Below are positions 33,595-45,098 of a stretch of 64,000 bases of DNA, in pieces. Where the stretch lies: assembly GCF_000143415.4 (NCBI RefSeq), contig NW_003314279.1, forward strand, positions 1,288,091-1,352,090. The letters are read 5' to 3'. A program made the translations under genes and the position numbers. This DNA is from Selaginella moellendorffii (lineage: Eukaryota > Plantae > Lycopodiophyta). The notes under the pieces were generated by a model, which worked only from the letters and a program-made list of their open reading frames with translations, was not told the DNA's origin and ran no database searches. Numbering within the stretch: the first letter of the stretch is position 1; each line of letters opens with the position of its first letter.

Positions 33595-33615
33595 GCTCTC
33601 TCTCTCTCTCTCTCG
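33595..33615 (+). repeat. (CT)n microsatellite / GAGA element followed by a telo-box, upstream of the RIB72-like gene
   Basis: CTCTCTCTCTCTCTCTCTC then AATTAGGGTT at about 33624. Confidence 0.6.
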
Positions 33616-33641
33616 GCCCTAGCAATTAGGGTTCTTCCACC

Positions 33642-36332
33642 ATGAGTGGGTGTAACTCTGGCTGCGGCCCCCAGGGATCTGAACTTCCCGCATTTTCCTT
33701 CTGCCATCCACCGGTAAGCAGCGATCCATGGCTCTTGGATTTTCATACAGGATCGCAGGCATCACAAAGCACAAGCCTGGTGGATTTCGCAGGAATGCGG
33801 GCGGCCCAAGCCCCAAAATCTCAACTTCACGGATGGATTCCGGGAGGTGCGCGATCCCGAGGTGCGCAAGCAGCACCGGCGGGAGCTGGGCGAGAAGATG
33901 CGCGATTATTTCTACGAGGGCGGGGTTTGTGGGCCTTGCAACGTAGAGATGGGCACTCCACTCCCAAAGTGGCTCAAATACGATCGCCAGGTAACAAACT
34001 GGGGTCTAGGTAACAAATTGGAAGAGAAACTGGTAAAATTTCATCGTTCTTTCTTCCAGGTGCTGAGATTTTACTGCTACTTCAAAGAGCCTGTGAACGA
34101 GAGGAGGGACGAGAACTTTAGAGTTCGAAAATGCACCATCTATTTCTACCTGGAAGATGGAAGCATCCATGTCTCGGTGAGTGCTCGGGATTTCTTTTCA
34201 TTTCCGTGATTTCACAAATAATCTTTCATCGGAGGAACTTAACTTTCGTGGATTTCGGGAGCACTTTATAAACTCTATTTGTCGTTGATGCATGCAACAG
34301 GAACCACGCCAAGACAACAGTGGCCTAATGCAGGTTTGTTGATTTGTTCTTTCCTCTCCAGGTGTACATTTCTAAACTTCGTTACGTGTTTTGTCTGCAG
34401 GGACAATTCCTGAAGAGGCACAGAATCCCCAAGAAAGATGGAAGTGGCTATTTGTCTGTGAAGGATTTTGTCCTGGGCACAGACTTGACTATCTACGACA
34501 GGACTTTTAGGATTTGCAACTGCGACACATTTACTCGAGTTAGACACATCCTCAAAAACACTTTTTGTGCTTAGATGTGACTAATGTGTGTTGCAGAGGT
34601 ATTTGATGAAGCACAGATTTGAAGTGGGCAACGAGGAGGATGTTCCCGGAGAACCTTTGTCCGCATACCGCAAGAGCTTGGAGCGTCATCGTGTCAAGGT
34701 TCACAAGGAGTATGCAAACAAACAATTTCTGGAAAACGATGGAAAGGTTCTAAGATTTTTCTGCGTTTGGGACGACCGTGGGGCCGTCTACGGAGAACGT
34801 AGGCCATATGTAAGTTGGATTTCCTTTTCTTCTGATTCTCATGGCTGTTTTTCTTTCTTTCTTCAGGTTCTTCATTACTTCTTGGCAGATGACACGATAG
34901 AGATTTTGGAAATGCACGAGCGGAATAACGGGAGGTACCCGTTTCCAATGATGCTGCGCAGGATGAAACTTCCTCGAGAGATACCAACTGACCTCTTAGG
35001 TGAGATCTTCTTAGGAGAAGAGAACTAAACCGAGCAGTAAAGTGGTAGCATGCTGCAGGCAAGAATATTGGAGCTCAGCATGTTCACAAGTCCTCGTGCT
35101 ACAACGAGTGTGACTTGCACATAGGGAGCTTCTTGACGATTTACGGTCGAGATTTGCTACTGCACGATTGCGATGATTTTACCCGACAATATTACAAGGA
35201 GAAATGGGGAGTTACTGATGACATGCTGGAGCCTGTTGCGGTTCAGGTAGCGTTTCTTTCCTTCTCTCTTTGTGTCTTTCAGTTTGTGATGTGTGGCACG
35301 GCTTTAATGGAACAATTGCGCTACAGGAAAAAGCACCGGTGCTGGCCAGAATGGAAGTTCCTCCATACAACGGCTACGGTTCTGACGCGGACAGTATGCA
35401 AAATTGTATTTCTCTGATTCCAAAAGCGGCCATGAAAGACTTCAACAAGTTCTTAAACAACGACGGAAAGGTAGACACGACTACTCGAAAGCTCTTAAGT
35501 GCCTTTTGACGCCTTCTCGCTCTCGTGAATATACAGATTATGTGCTTTTCGGCAAGGTTCGTAGAAGATGCAAATCACCGCGTTATAGGCCCGGACAGAG
35601 GTCGCCTCTTCGTTTTTCAGGTACTACCATTTGTTTCTGTCATTTGTTTAGATCTTGATAATGACATGTTTTTGCTTGCAGTACTACTTGTCTGACGATA
35701 CAATTGCCATCTACGAGCCACCGGCTAGAAACTCCGGTATTGTTGGTGGCAAGTTTTTGTATCGTCAGGACGCTCCTCCCAAGCCTGGGACCAAGAGACC
35801 ATATGGACCAAGCGATATGCTTGTGGGAGCGAAACTAGAGATACACAGGCATTTGTTCGAGCTCCTCCAGGCAGACGAATGGACGCTCAAGTACATGGAG
35901 AGAAACCTCAGTACCTTCCCCCAGTCGGATTATAGACGAGCTTATTGCAAGGTGATATTTCCTTACTGTTTGTTATTCATCTCTTCTCATGGTTCTTTTG
36001 CAGCTAAAATCTTCGATTGAGAGAATGCCCGAGGATGGTCTCCACAATCTCAAGCTCACACTACCAAAGGGCAATCCGTCGGAGTAAAACACAAATCTCT
36101 CCTCAAAATCTCTTTTTTGAGAAACTTTCAAGCTAACTTAACGCGTTTTTCTCACTGCAGGCAATTTTCTCCAATCGATATCTTGTTGCCAATCTTGGCG
36201 AGAGGTGGCATCGACATGACGAAGCAAGAGCTCGTGACAATCGAGCGTGGCTTGGAGAATGGCCAAGAGCCTGGGGTACAAGACATCTACACGCTCATTG
36301 TGAAGTTCGTATGTATATCCATGAGCCGATAG
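33642..36332 (+). CDS. EFHC1: RIB72/EFHC1-like axonemal microtubule inner protein with three DM10 domains, multi-exon
   Basis: LPKWLKYDRQ|VLRFYCYFKEPV...FRVRKCTIYFYLEDGSIHV|EPRQDNSGLMQ|GQFLKRHRIP; KQFLENDGKVLRFFCVWDDR...LHYFLADDTIEILE...NNGRYPFP; PPYNGYGSDADS...LIPK...YYLSDDTIAIYEPPARNSGIVGGKFL. EFHC1 versus EFHC2 not resolved. Confidence 0.9.
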
Positions 36333-36451
36333 ATTGAAACTTGGAAACTCTGGTGTTTGGAATGCCATGGGTATGTAAAAATCTCATAAATTACAAGTGA
36401 AACAAGAGACTGTATACAACACAAGTGAGATCAATCCATCAAACCTTTCGT

Positions 36452-38567
36452 TTACGTTGGTGAAACCTTCTCGCCGGGCTCGTTCTTCTCGTAACCAGCA
36501 TGGCGATGGCGATGGCGATGGCGCTGGCGGTGTTTTCTCCTGGCAGCAATGATCCAAAACACGATGGACAGCATCGTTCCGGCGGAGGCGAGAGCCAAGC
36601 CAATGTAAATCCACCTCGTGTACTTCCGCAAGCCCGGGCACCTCTCGCGGATGATGGTCTCGAACGTCTCGCGGACGAACACGCAGTTCTCCACGTTCAC
36701 CAGGAACGGTACGTTGACAACCAAGCCGGTAGCGACGGACACGGACTTCATGACTTGGTCATTTATCTGTGGAGTCATTCGTCCAGGCGTGGCGCACGTC
36801 GTCCCAGTAGGAGCTTGACAAACGTAGCGGGACCAGTTCTATCACGATCGAAAGGAAAAAAAGTGTCAAACAAGTCTCTGGAGTGAAAAGAAAAAAGAGT
36901 GAAGTTGAGTTGCTTACCCCTGGAGCTTGCTGGAGCGTGATGGTGCCGCTGGCACACGGGACTTCGGCGTAGTCCGGCGCGGGACCGTATGGACTGCACA
37001 GCGTGGGCATCGTGGGTCCTGACTGGTTGAAGTTCAATGGATTACCAGGGGGCGCGGCGTTGCCGTTGAGGACGAGCGTGACTGCCTGGTTAAGGACTCT
37101 CACCACCGACACCGCCACCTCTTTGCTTCTGTCCAGCGTCTGGTTTGCTGTTGTCTGGTTGACGCACGGAAGGATGTCATCCAAGTTTGTGCTGCGGCCG
37201 GGGTTTTGGACCCACTCGCGCATTGCAACACAAGTGTCCCCCATTACGCTGAAATGAAAAAACATATATCAGGCTTGGTAAATGGTCTGCCAGTCTTACT
37301 TGTTGAGAAGAATGAAAACGCCGCAGAGAATCCACGTTGCGATGACAAGAATGAATCCCAAAATCACCAGCCTGGAAGGAACCGTCGGTGAGTTAACAGC
37401 TTACCAAACAAGATGAGAAATGAACTAGTTGTTGACACTTACAGGTAGACAAGGGACTGCAAGCCACACGCGGCGAACACTGCGTTGAACATGGAAAAGT
37501 TAGCTTCGCTTTTGAGTATGGTTGCATCTTACAGATTCCGAGAAGCACAAGTAGGAGCATCGCTGCCGAGATGATAATCATTGCCAAACGCCTGGAAACG
37601 TAAGAGAGAGTGTTAGTTCCAAATAATTTTTTGCGTTTTCTCGAATGAAAACAAGCGACGTGCTTACACCATGTTGATGGCCCTCCGGATCTTGTGCGCA
37701 TTGTCCTCTGTTTTCAACTCCAACTGGTTCGAGGTGGTGTTCAACTGCTGGCTTATCTGCAAGACTTGCTGCCTCTCATCGTTCCCTAGCCCAAACCCAA
37801 AAATGTTAATGGAAGCTCCCTGGTTGAGAGTTCTCGACACATTCTGGAGGTTGTCCACGGTAGTCTGGGACTGCCGTACAACGAAGTTGAGAGTGCCGGA
37901 CAGCTCGTCATGGAACTTTGCCTGGGAGATGTACACCAACACGCATCCGGCACTGCAAAAGAAGGGAAAGCTCAGCTTATCCAGCTTTCGCTATATAGCT
38001 TACACTTACATTGCCGCCAAAGTGAGTAAGGAGAGCAGGAGCAAGGGTACCAAACTGGACTCGCTTCCCGAGCGATCTTTCCTCCTACAGCAGCAGCAGT
38101 AGCAGCACAAGGACAGTAGGAAGAGCAAACCCAGCGCTGCCCAGAGGAGTGCTAGGATGAAACCCGGAAGCCCTGTAAAACCGACAGACTAGAAGAAATC
38201 AAAGGAGTAAGGGCCAAAAACAAAATATCTATGCGCGCTCGTACCGCCCAGTAGTGTTTGTTTCGAATGTCCCAGCCATCCCTGTATCGCCGGAAATCAT
38301 CGAGTGGATCGTGCCTGCTAGTCCGATCCTCCGCGAGGAGCAAGGTCGAGTTAGAGGAGGGCGCTTGCTTCAGGGTTCTCCCAAATCCCGGATGAATCAC
38401 CACTATTCCTGTGTCTGCCACAGCGCAAAAGAAAATATTTCTCACCACGAGAATAGCGCACGCAGCTACAAACCTTGGAATGCTCCACGATGATCTTCCC
38501 GCGCGGCGATGGCAGCAATCGCGATCGCCAGTAGCAGCCACAGCGAGGCCCTTGCTAGAAATCCCAT
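36452..38567 (-). CDS. Conserved plant multi-pass membrane protein (uncharacterised, tweety/prominin-like topology), multi-exon
   Basis: Signal MGFLARASLWLLLAIAIAAIAA; LLLAEDRTSRHDPLDDFRRYRDGWDIRNKHYWA|SVGFTG; GDTCVAMREWVQNP...LDDILPCV; CVFVRETFETIIRERCPGL followed by a C-terminal TM helix. Confidence 0.85.
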
Positions 38568-39583
38568 GGCTGGCCAGCAGCAGCTACCTCGCGGCGTTGG
38601 ATTGGGGTAGGGACAAGAAATCTAGCAAAGATTGAAGCTCCGCTCACTCCCGCGCCATCGATCGCCGGTGAGATCGATGAAAAACATGCAACATCACGCG
38701 CCCTGCGCGATCCCTGGGCAAATGCGACTCGACGAAACCTATGCTACCGTGCGAGAAAGAGGGGGAGAGCTAGTTTCCAAGCCAAGGGATGGAATGTCCA
38801 ACGGGTCGCAAGGCATGGACATTCCGGCAGGGCCTTACGATCCGGAATGGGCAAGCGCGTGGAGCCGCCTTCCCGTCTGGGCAACCGACACGTGGCGCGC
38901 ATCACGCTTAGTTTACATTGTTTACAGCTATTATGGTGTTACCGACACAGCGATTATTCTAAGCACCGCGTATAATCAGTCGCAACGTACAAGTGTCCAA
39001 CGAGGTGGCATCGTAATATCACCGCCACCTTTCGCCTCAAAATTTTTCTTGTAGTGTTTGATTGCCTATGATAGATGATGCATGCATGCAAAGCGAAGCC
39101 ACCGTGTCGTCGTTGGGCCCAGCCTACTATGATCAAAAAGGCCTGGGAAATTAAAGAAGACGAAAGCTAAGGTCTGAAAGGACGTGTATTTGTCCGTCTC
39201 TATCGTCTAGTCTCGCGACCTTCGCAATTGTGACTTTGGTGGGACTCCATCGTTGAGAAACCTTGCCTTGAAAACAACCTCCAACCAAATAGAAAAATGG
39301 AGGAGAATAGAAGCCGTGACGTTAGCAATGAAACGGAAGCGCAGGCACTAACCAGCATATCATCTCCAGAGCCCGGTCTATCTCTCTTTCAGATCTGTGC
39401 GAGATCAGCGTTAAGTTCTTGTCAGACAGAAATCAGAAAAACTGCGAGAGACACCTGGATTGTCGCATCCATGCCACAGAATCGAGCTTTCAGAGATTTT
39501 AGTACCATTGTGCAGGCCAGCAAAAGAGCGAGAAAGATCTAAAAAATTAAAAAAAATGATTTTTCTCGGCTTTACTCACAGTT

Positions 39584-41325
39584 TTAGGCACTCTTTTTCG
39601 CGGGTTTTATGCGCTTGGCTCTCGAGTAGGCAAAGACGCCAGCCAGTGCCAGAGCAGTGCCTGCAATAAGTACACCGTGTGTTTTTAACTTGGATAACGA
39701 AGCGACGCAAACGGCAGGGAGAATCTTACCAAGAGCATTTATTGTCGACACTGGTGTTCTAAAGAAGATGACTGAAGTTACAATCACAATCACGCGCTTG
39801 ACACAGTTTCCAACGGAGTGCGTAACCGGCGATACCCTTTGCAATATCATGTAGGACACCTGCAAATCGTCCTTCAGAAACAACGCTAAACTTGCATCAG
39901 AGCAAACCTGTTGGTACGAATGAAAACATAATCCTGCTACTAATGCTCTCAACATAACAACTTTCACATCCAGTCCCTGCAGGATCCATTTTCTTTCTAT
40001 TAGTAAACGCAACGTAGGAAGTGCACGAAACAAATCTACCATTGAAGTCAAGTATTCGGGTGTGAATTTCACTCCCTCGAAGAACAGCGTCACGGGTGCC
40101 AGAAGGAAAAAGGACAGGATCGTAATCACGGAGAACAGATTGATGTTGTCAAGAGAGCCCTGCGGAAGAAAGTGAATCCAAATAGAATGAGAACAGAGAA
40201 CAAGATCTACCTCCTTTTTCACCATCAACTTTTTGCTCAAAACATTTCGCGACTGGAAAGTAACATTTGATGCCATGGCGCTTAGAAATCCAGCCCTGTC
40301 CATAGAAAAAGAATATAAGAAACGGCAAATGCGATGTTGGTAAGGCCTTGTTACCAGTTGAAAGACGCCTCAGTCAAGGATGCCAACGCCACACCTCCAA
40401 CAATTGGCAAGAGAGAAGCGATAATCCAAGCACTTGGAGCCTGCAAAGGCAACTGATATAGAACCTTTTCTGCGAACGTATCATACCTCGCCAAGGAACA
40501 TAGCCGATAGAAGAACAGAGAAAAACGGCTCCATAGCCTTGATTGTGTGAGTAAACGACACCGCAACCTTTCCAAGGCTCATGTTGGTAAAGAGATTCCC
40601 CATGGTGTGCACCAATGCCAGCGGCAAGATCGCGACCACCTACGAAGAAACAAGGACAAAAGTTTGAGATGCTCGATCGACACAAACGACAATTTCTACG
40701 ACGATACCTGTGCAGTGGTGAGACTTGGACGCTTGTACAGTCCCGTAGTCCACATGAAGAGCACGGCAGCGGACCCAATGGCGAATTGGATCTCAGTGAT
40801 CGTGATCGGAAATGGAAAGACCTTGAGCACCTGAGAAATCACAAGTTCTAGTTAGAAAGTAGCATGCATGGAGAAAACAAGAGAAGATCCTAGCTAAGGT
40901 GGAGAAAAGAAAACGAGAAGAAACAATGCCTGCTTGTTATAGATGTTGAAGTAGATGTTGAAGAGGTACCACAATCCGAAGAGCGATCCCAGCTGGAGTG
41001 TGCGCATCATCGCGCTGCCGGATTCTTGCTCCTCCACGCCATCGCCTGGAGCTGCCGCTGACGCATCGCCCGATGCAGCGCTCCTCGCCTCGATGATCCG
41101 CGTCCGGGGCCGAAATTTCCTCGCGAGATCATCCTCCCTCGGTGCGCCGAGAAGAATCGGCGTCAGGCCCGCAGAAACCGATGCATGCACTCCCCCCCGC
41201 CCAGCGATGGAGCTGCTCGAGATCCTGGATCCGGCCGCGAGAATTCTGGCATGCCGCTGCTCGTGCCTGCTCGAGAATGTGAGCGAGGAGGTGCTGTGCA
41301 AGCCCGCGGCCGCAGAGATCGCCAT
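39584..41325 (-). CDS. PPT: Plastid phosphoenolpyruvate/phosphate translocator, multi-exon
   Basis: Transit peptide, then [100 protein letters not shown]. The [12 protein letters not shown] signature is PPT-type. Confidence 0.92.
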
Positions 41326-41395
41326 TGGAGAGAAGAATGCCACTAGCCTAGAACCCTAAAATCCCGAGCTCCAAACCCTCAAATATCATGGGCGC

Positions 41396-43105
41396 ATGAA
41401 CAGCTTGGCACGCCTGATCAAGGAATGCGGCGCTTGCCAGGATCTCCGCCAGGCGCATTGGATCCAAGCCCAGATCCAGCGCGTGAAGAAGCAGCGCGAT
41501 AGAACCCTCCTCCTCAATCACCTCATCGAGCTCTATGGGAAATGCGGGAGCGTGGACGATGCCCTCGCCGTGTTCCAGACGATCGAGAAACCTAACGTCT
41601 TCTCCTGGAACATTCTGGCGGCGGCATTTGCCCAGAACGGCGATCTTGAGCGCGCGAGGGAAGTTTTCAATCGAATGCCCGAGAGGAGCGTCGTGTCGTG
41701 GTCGCAGATCACGAATCTCTACGCTCAAAGCGGGGATTTGGATGAGACTTGGAGATTGTTTCTTGCGATGCCGGATAGAACAGTCACGTCTTGGACTGCG
41801 CTCGTTGCGATGTATGCCCAGAACGGGTATTTTGGAATGGCGAAAGAAGTGTTCTATAGGATGCCCGAGAGGAACACCCTTGCTTGGAACGCGATGATCC
41901 AAGGACTGTCGCTCAAAGGCGATGTTCTTGGCGCCAAGGAAGTGTTTGATGCAATGCCCGAGAGAGATCTTGTGGCCTGGACAACGATCGTCACAAGCTA
42001 TGCCCAAAACGGGCATTTTCGCGAGGCGATCCATCTCTTCTCACACATGCCCGAGCGCGATCTCGTCTCCTGGAACGCGCTCATCACCGCGCTGGCGCAA
42101 GGCGGAAGGCCCGACGATGCACTCACGCTCTTCCAATTGATCCCGGTCAAGAACATCACCGCGTGGAGTGCGATCGTGGGAGCGATCGCCCACAGTGGCG
42201 ATGTCGAGGGCGCCAAGCTCGCCTTCTCCGCCATGCCCACCCGAGATCTCGCCGCCTGGAACATCCTCGTCCAGGGATTCATCGCCACCAGCGCCATTGA
42301 GGCGGCGATGGAGGTGTTCTCGCGGATGCCGCAGCGCGACACCGTGCTCGCCACTGCCATCGTCGCGATCAATGCCGAGAATGGCCTCCTCGACGAGGCG
42401 ACGCGCGCATTCGAGGTGATGCCCCAGCGCAACGTCGTCTCGTGGACGATCCTGGCGGTGGGCGCCGCGGAAATCGGCCGCGCTGCGACGGCGCGCGAGA
42501 TCTTCGCGAGAATCCCCTGCTGGGACGCCGTGATCTGGACCGCGATGCTGGGCGCTCTCGCCCGAGGGGGCAATCTCCACGAATCGGAGCTCCTCTTCCA
42601 CAGGATGCCCGAGCGCGACGCAGTGGCATGGAACGCGATGATGAAAGCCATCGCTCGCAGCAGCGGCGAGGAGTCCTCGCGCCTCTTCGATCTCTACGCG
42701 GCCATGAATCTCGAGGGCGATGCCAATCCCGATGCGCTCACTTTCAACGCGATCCTCACGGCCTGCAGCCACGCCGGGCGCGCGATCGACCGGGGATTCC
42801 ACTACTTCGCGATGATGATCGCCGAGCATGGGATCGCGCCTCTCGCGGATCACTTCCAGTGCCTGATCGATGGGCTGTGCCGATCGACCCACCTCGCGCG
42901 AGCGTACGAGCTTCTCACCACCATGCCGCACCGAGCGGACATGGTGTCGTGGACGATCTTCCTGGCGGCGTGCCGCGTCTATGGGGAGACCGATTTGGCG
43001 GCGCTGGCGGCGCGCTGCGCAGTGGAGCTCTCCCCGGAGGAATCCTCGTCTTACGTGCTTCTCTTCAACACCTACATCGATTCGATCGATCGCGTGGGCG
43101 ATTGA
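41396..43105 (+). CDS. PLS-class PPR-E protein (569 aa), no DYW domain
   Basis: LLNHLIELYGKCGSVDDA, tandem 31-aa repeats, LTACSHAG...HFQCLIDGLCRS...SWTIFLAACRVYG...SSSYVLLFNTY. Confidence 0.93.
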   Translation: MNSLARLIKECGACQDLRQAHWIQAQIQRVKKQRDRTLLLNHLIELYGKCGSVDDALAVFQTIEKPNVFSWNILAAAFAQNGDLERAREVFNRMPERSVVSWSQITNLYAQSGDLDETWRLFLAMPDRTVTSWTALVAMYAQNGYFGMAKEVFYRMPERNTLAWNAMIQGLSLKGDVLGAKEVFDAMPERDLVAWTTIVTSYAQNGHFREAIHLFSHMPERDLVSWNALITALAQGGRPDDALTLFQLIPVKNITAWSAIVGAIAHSGDVEGAKLAFSAMPTRDLAAWNILVQGFIATSAIEAAMEVFSRMPQRDTVLATAIVAINAENGLLDEATRAFEVMPQRNVVSWTILAVGAAEIGRAATAREIFARIPCWDAVIWTAMLGALARGGNLHESELLFHRMPERDAVAWNAMMKAIARSSGEESSRLFDLYAAMNLEGDANPDALTFNAILTACSHAGRAIDRGFHYFAMMIAEHGIAPLADHFQCLIDGLCRSTHLARAYELLTTMPHRADMVSWTIFLAACRVYGETDLAALAARCAVELSPEESSSYVLLFNTYIDSIDRVGD

Positions 43106-43133
43106 TTCGAGCCCATCGATCTTCTGGAGGAGC

Positions 43134-44975
43134 TTAGCCAGCACAATTGACATAGCTATGCTCCTCCAAATTCTTGGCGATCAAGGTATTCGAGAGGAGC
43201 AAGTAGGAAGATCCTTGCTCTGGATTGGATCCCGCGAGGAACTGCGCTGCTCGAGCCGCCCGGTAGAGATCTCCGTGGGTCTTGGACGCTGCCAGTAGCG
43301 CCGTCCAAGCCAGCCCGTCGGGATTGTCAAAAGGCATGGCGTGGATGAGCTCCTCGGCCTCGCCCAGCCGCTTTGTTCTTCCCAAGAGATCAATCACGCA
43401 TCGGTAGTGCTCCGGCGATGGCTCCAGCCCCTGATCCACGCGCAGTGACTGGAATTGGCGGCGCCCTTCTTCCAGAAGCCCGCCATGGCTGCAAGCTGTG
43501 AGAATTCCAACGAAGGTGATGGAATTCGGCCTCACGCCATCCAATTCCATCGCCCAATACAGCTCCAGAGCGCGATCGCTCTGCCCAATCTCCGCCAGCG
43601 CCTGGATCATGGTGCTCCATGACACCACATTCTTACTCGCGATTCTCGAGAAGATCTCGCTAGCTTCGCGAAGGCGGCCATTTTGCGCATAGGCCGTGAG
43701 CATCGCGTTGAGGGTGATGGTGCTCCACTGCGGCATTTTGTCGAGGATCTTCCTCGCCTCCCCGGCCTTGCGATTCTGCCCACACCCGACGATCATCACC
43801 GTGTAGCTCATGACGTTCCGCGCAGTGAGGTTTGCAAATAGCTCCCAGGCTTCTTCCAAATGCCCAAGCTGGGCATAAGCCTGGATCATCACTGTCACAG
43901 GCACTATGCCGGGGTCTTCGATTCTATCAAGAAGCTCTCTAGCTCCACGAAGATTTCCATTGTGAGCATGGGCCTGGATCATCGTCGTCAATAGCGCCGA
44001 GTCTTTGAACTCGAGCGTATCAAACAACGCCCTCGCTTTGTCAATATGCCCTGTCTGGGCATATGCTGTAAGGAGGATGGTAAACGCGATTAAATCCCTC
44101 TGCGGCATCTTGTCCAATGCAACCACCGCTTTGAGAAAATCCTCCTCTTGCGCTAGCGCTTGTGTGAGCACCGTCCACGAAACAACATCTCGCTGAGGCA
44201 TGCGATCGAAGTTCCGCTTGACGCTCTCCAGATGCCGTGTTCGGGCAAATGCTGTAAGGATCGCGTTCCAGGACGTGACGCTCCATTCGGGCATCCGATC
44301 AAAGGTCTCTACAGCTGAAGCGATCTCACTGGCGTCCCCAGACGCAGAAATACCCGCGTTCCAAGATCCAAGATCTCTCTCCACCATGGTTTCGAAGACT
44401 GTCCTCGCGTCCTCGGGATGCCCATTCCGGGCATACGCCTTGAGCAGCGCATTGCCCGACAAGGCATTGGTGGCGCGCATGGAATCAAACGTCCGTTTGG
44501 CGTCCTCTACGCTGCCGCAGCTACCATAGACCCCGATCATGGTGTTCCCGGATACCACATCCCACTCGGGCATGAGCGCGAACACTCGCCGCGCCTCGTC
44601 GGGTTGCCCGGCGTGCGCGCAGGCGCCCACCATCGTCGCCCACGAGTTGCAATCCCTGCTGCCGCGCATCGCTGCGAATGCGTCGCCCGCGTCGCGGAGT
44701 CGGCCATTGCGGCCGTAGGCGCTGATGAGGATGTTCCAGGAGTAGGAGTTGGGCTTGTCGATCGAAAGGAAAACCTCGCGTGCGAGACACAAGTCCCCGC
44801 ATTTGCCATAGGTGTCGAGCAAAAGATTGGCGAGGTAGCGGCTGCGCCGGAATTGGGGGCTATGGCGGATGAAAGAATGGAGGCGGCGGGCCTGCGCTAG
44901 ATCCTTGGCGGCGCCACTGCCGCTCAAGAGGCGGCCAAGAGCGAAAAGCTCGCGCCTGACACTCTCATCGGTCAT
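43134..44975 (-). CDS. PLS-class PPR-E protein (613 aa), no DYW domain
   Basis: LANLLLDTYGKCG, tandem repeats, PNSITFVGILTACSHGG...HYRCVIDLLGR...AWTALLAASKTHG...SSYLLLSN. Confidence 0.93.
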   Translation of the reverse strand: MTDESVRRELFALGRLLSGSGAAKDLAQARRLHSFIRHSPQFRRSRYLANLLLDTYGKCGDLCLAREVFLSIDKPNSYSWNILISAYGRNGRLRDAGDAFAAMRGSRDCNSWATMVGACAHAGQPDEARRVFALMPEWDVVSGNTMIGVYGSCGSVEDAKRTFDSMRATNALSGNALLKAYARNGHPEDARTVFETMVERDLGSWNAGISASGDASEIASAVETFDRMPEWSVTSWNAILTAFARTRHLESVKRNFDRMPQRDVVSWTVLTQALAQEEDFLKAVVALDKMPQRDLIAFTILLTAYAQTGHIDKARALFDTLEFKDSALLTTMIQAHAHNGNLRGARELLDRIEDPGIVPVTVMIQAYAQLGHLEEAWELFANLTARNVMSYTVMIVGCGQNRKAGEARKILDKMPQWSTITLNAMLTAYAQNGRLREASEIFSRIASKNVVSWSTMIQALAEIGQSDRALELYWAMELDGVRPNSITFVGILTACSHGGLLEEGRRQFQSLRVDQGLEPSPEHYRCVIDLLGRTKRLGEAEELIHAMPFDNPDGLAWTALLAASKTHGDLYRAARAAQFLAGSNPEQGSSYLLLSNTLIAKNLEEHSYVNCAG

Positions 44976-44982
44976 AAAACCC

Positions 44983-45053
44983 AGTCAATGAGTCCACTCG
45001 TAGACTGAAAAAGTCGTCCACTCCTTGACTAAGAAGTCAACTCAACCAGTCAA
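44983..45053. promoter_or_regulatory. Cluster of four W-box (TTGACT) motifs in the bidirectional promoter of two PPR genes
   Basis: AGTCAA 44983-44988, TTGACT 45025-45030, AGTCAA 45035-45040, AGTCAA 45048-45053. Confidence 0.45.
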
Positions 45054-45098
45054 AGAGTCCCACCTTTTGGACTGTGCATCGCTCGCGCGATCGCGTTC

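Noticed and set aside
38632-39054. 140-aa ORF upstream of the membrane-protein gene, and similar ORFs at 50260-50913
   Set aside because: Promoter regions with G-box-like (CACGTG) and GC-rich motifs, non-ATG starts and no protein-like features.
42041-43153. Long antisense and alternative-frame ORFs (for example 42041-43153, 3550-4365, 2764-3447, 8777-9565, 53738-54412)
   Set aside because: Shadow ORFs of GC-rich real genes, with no recognisable motifs of their own.
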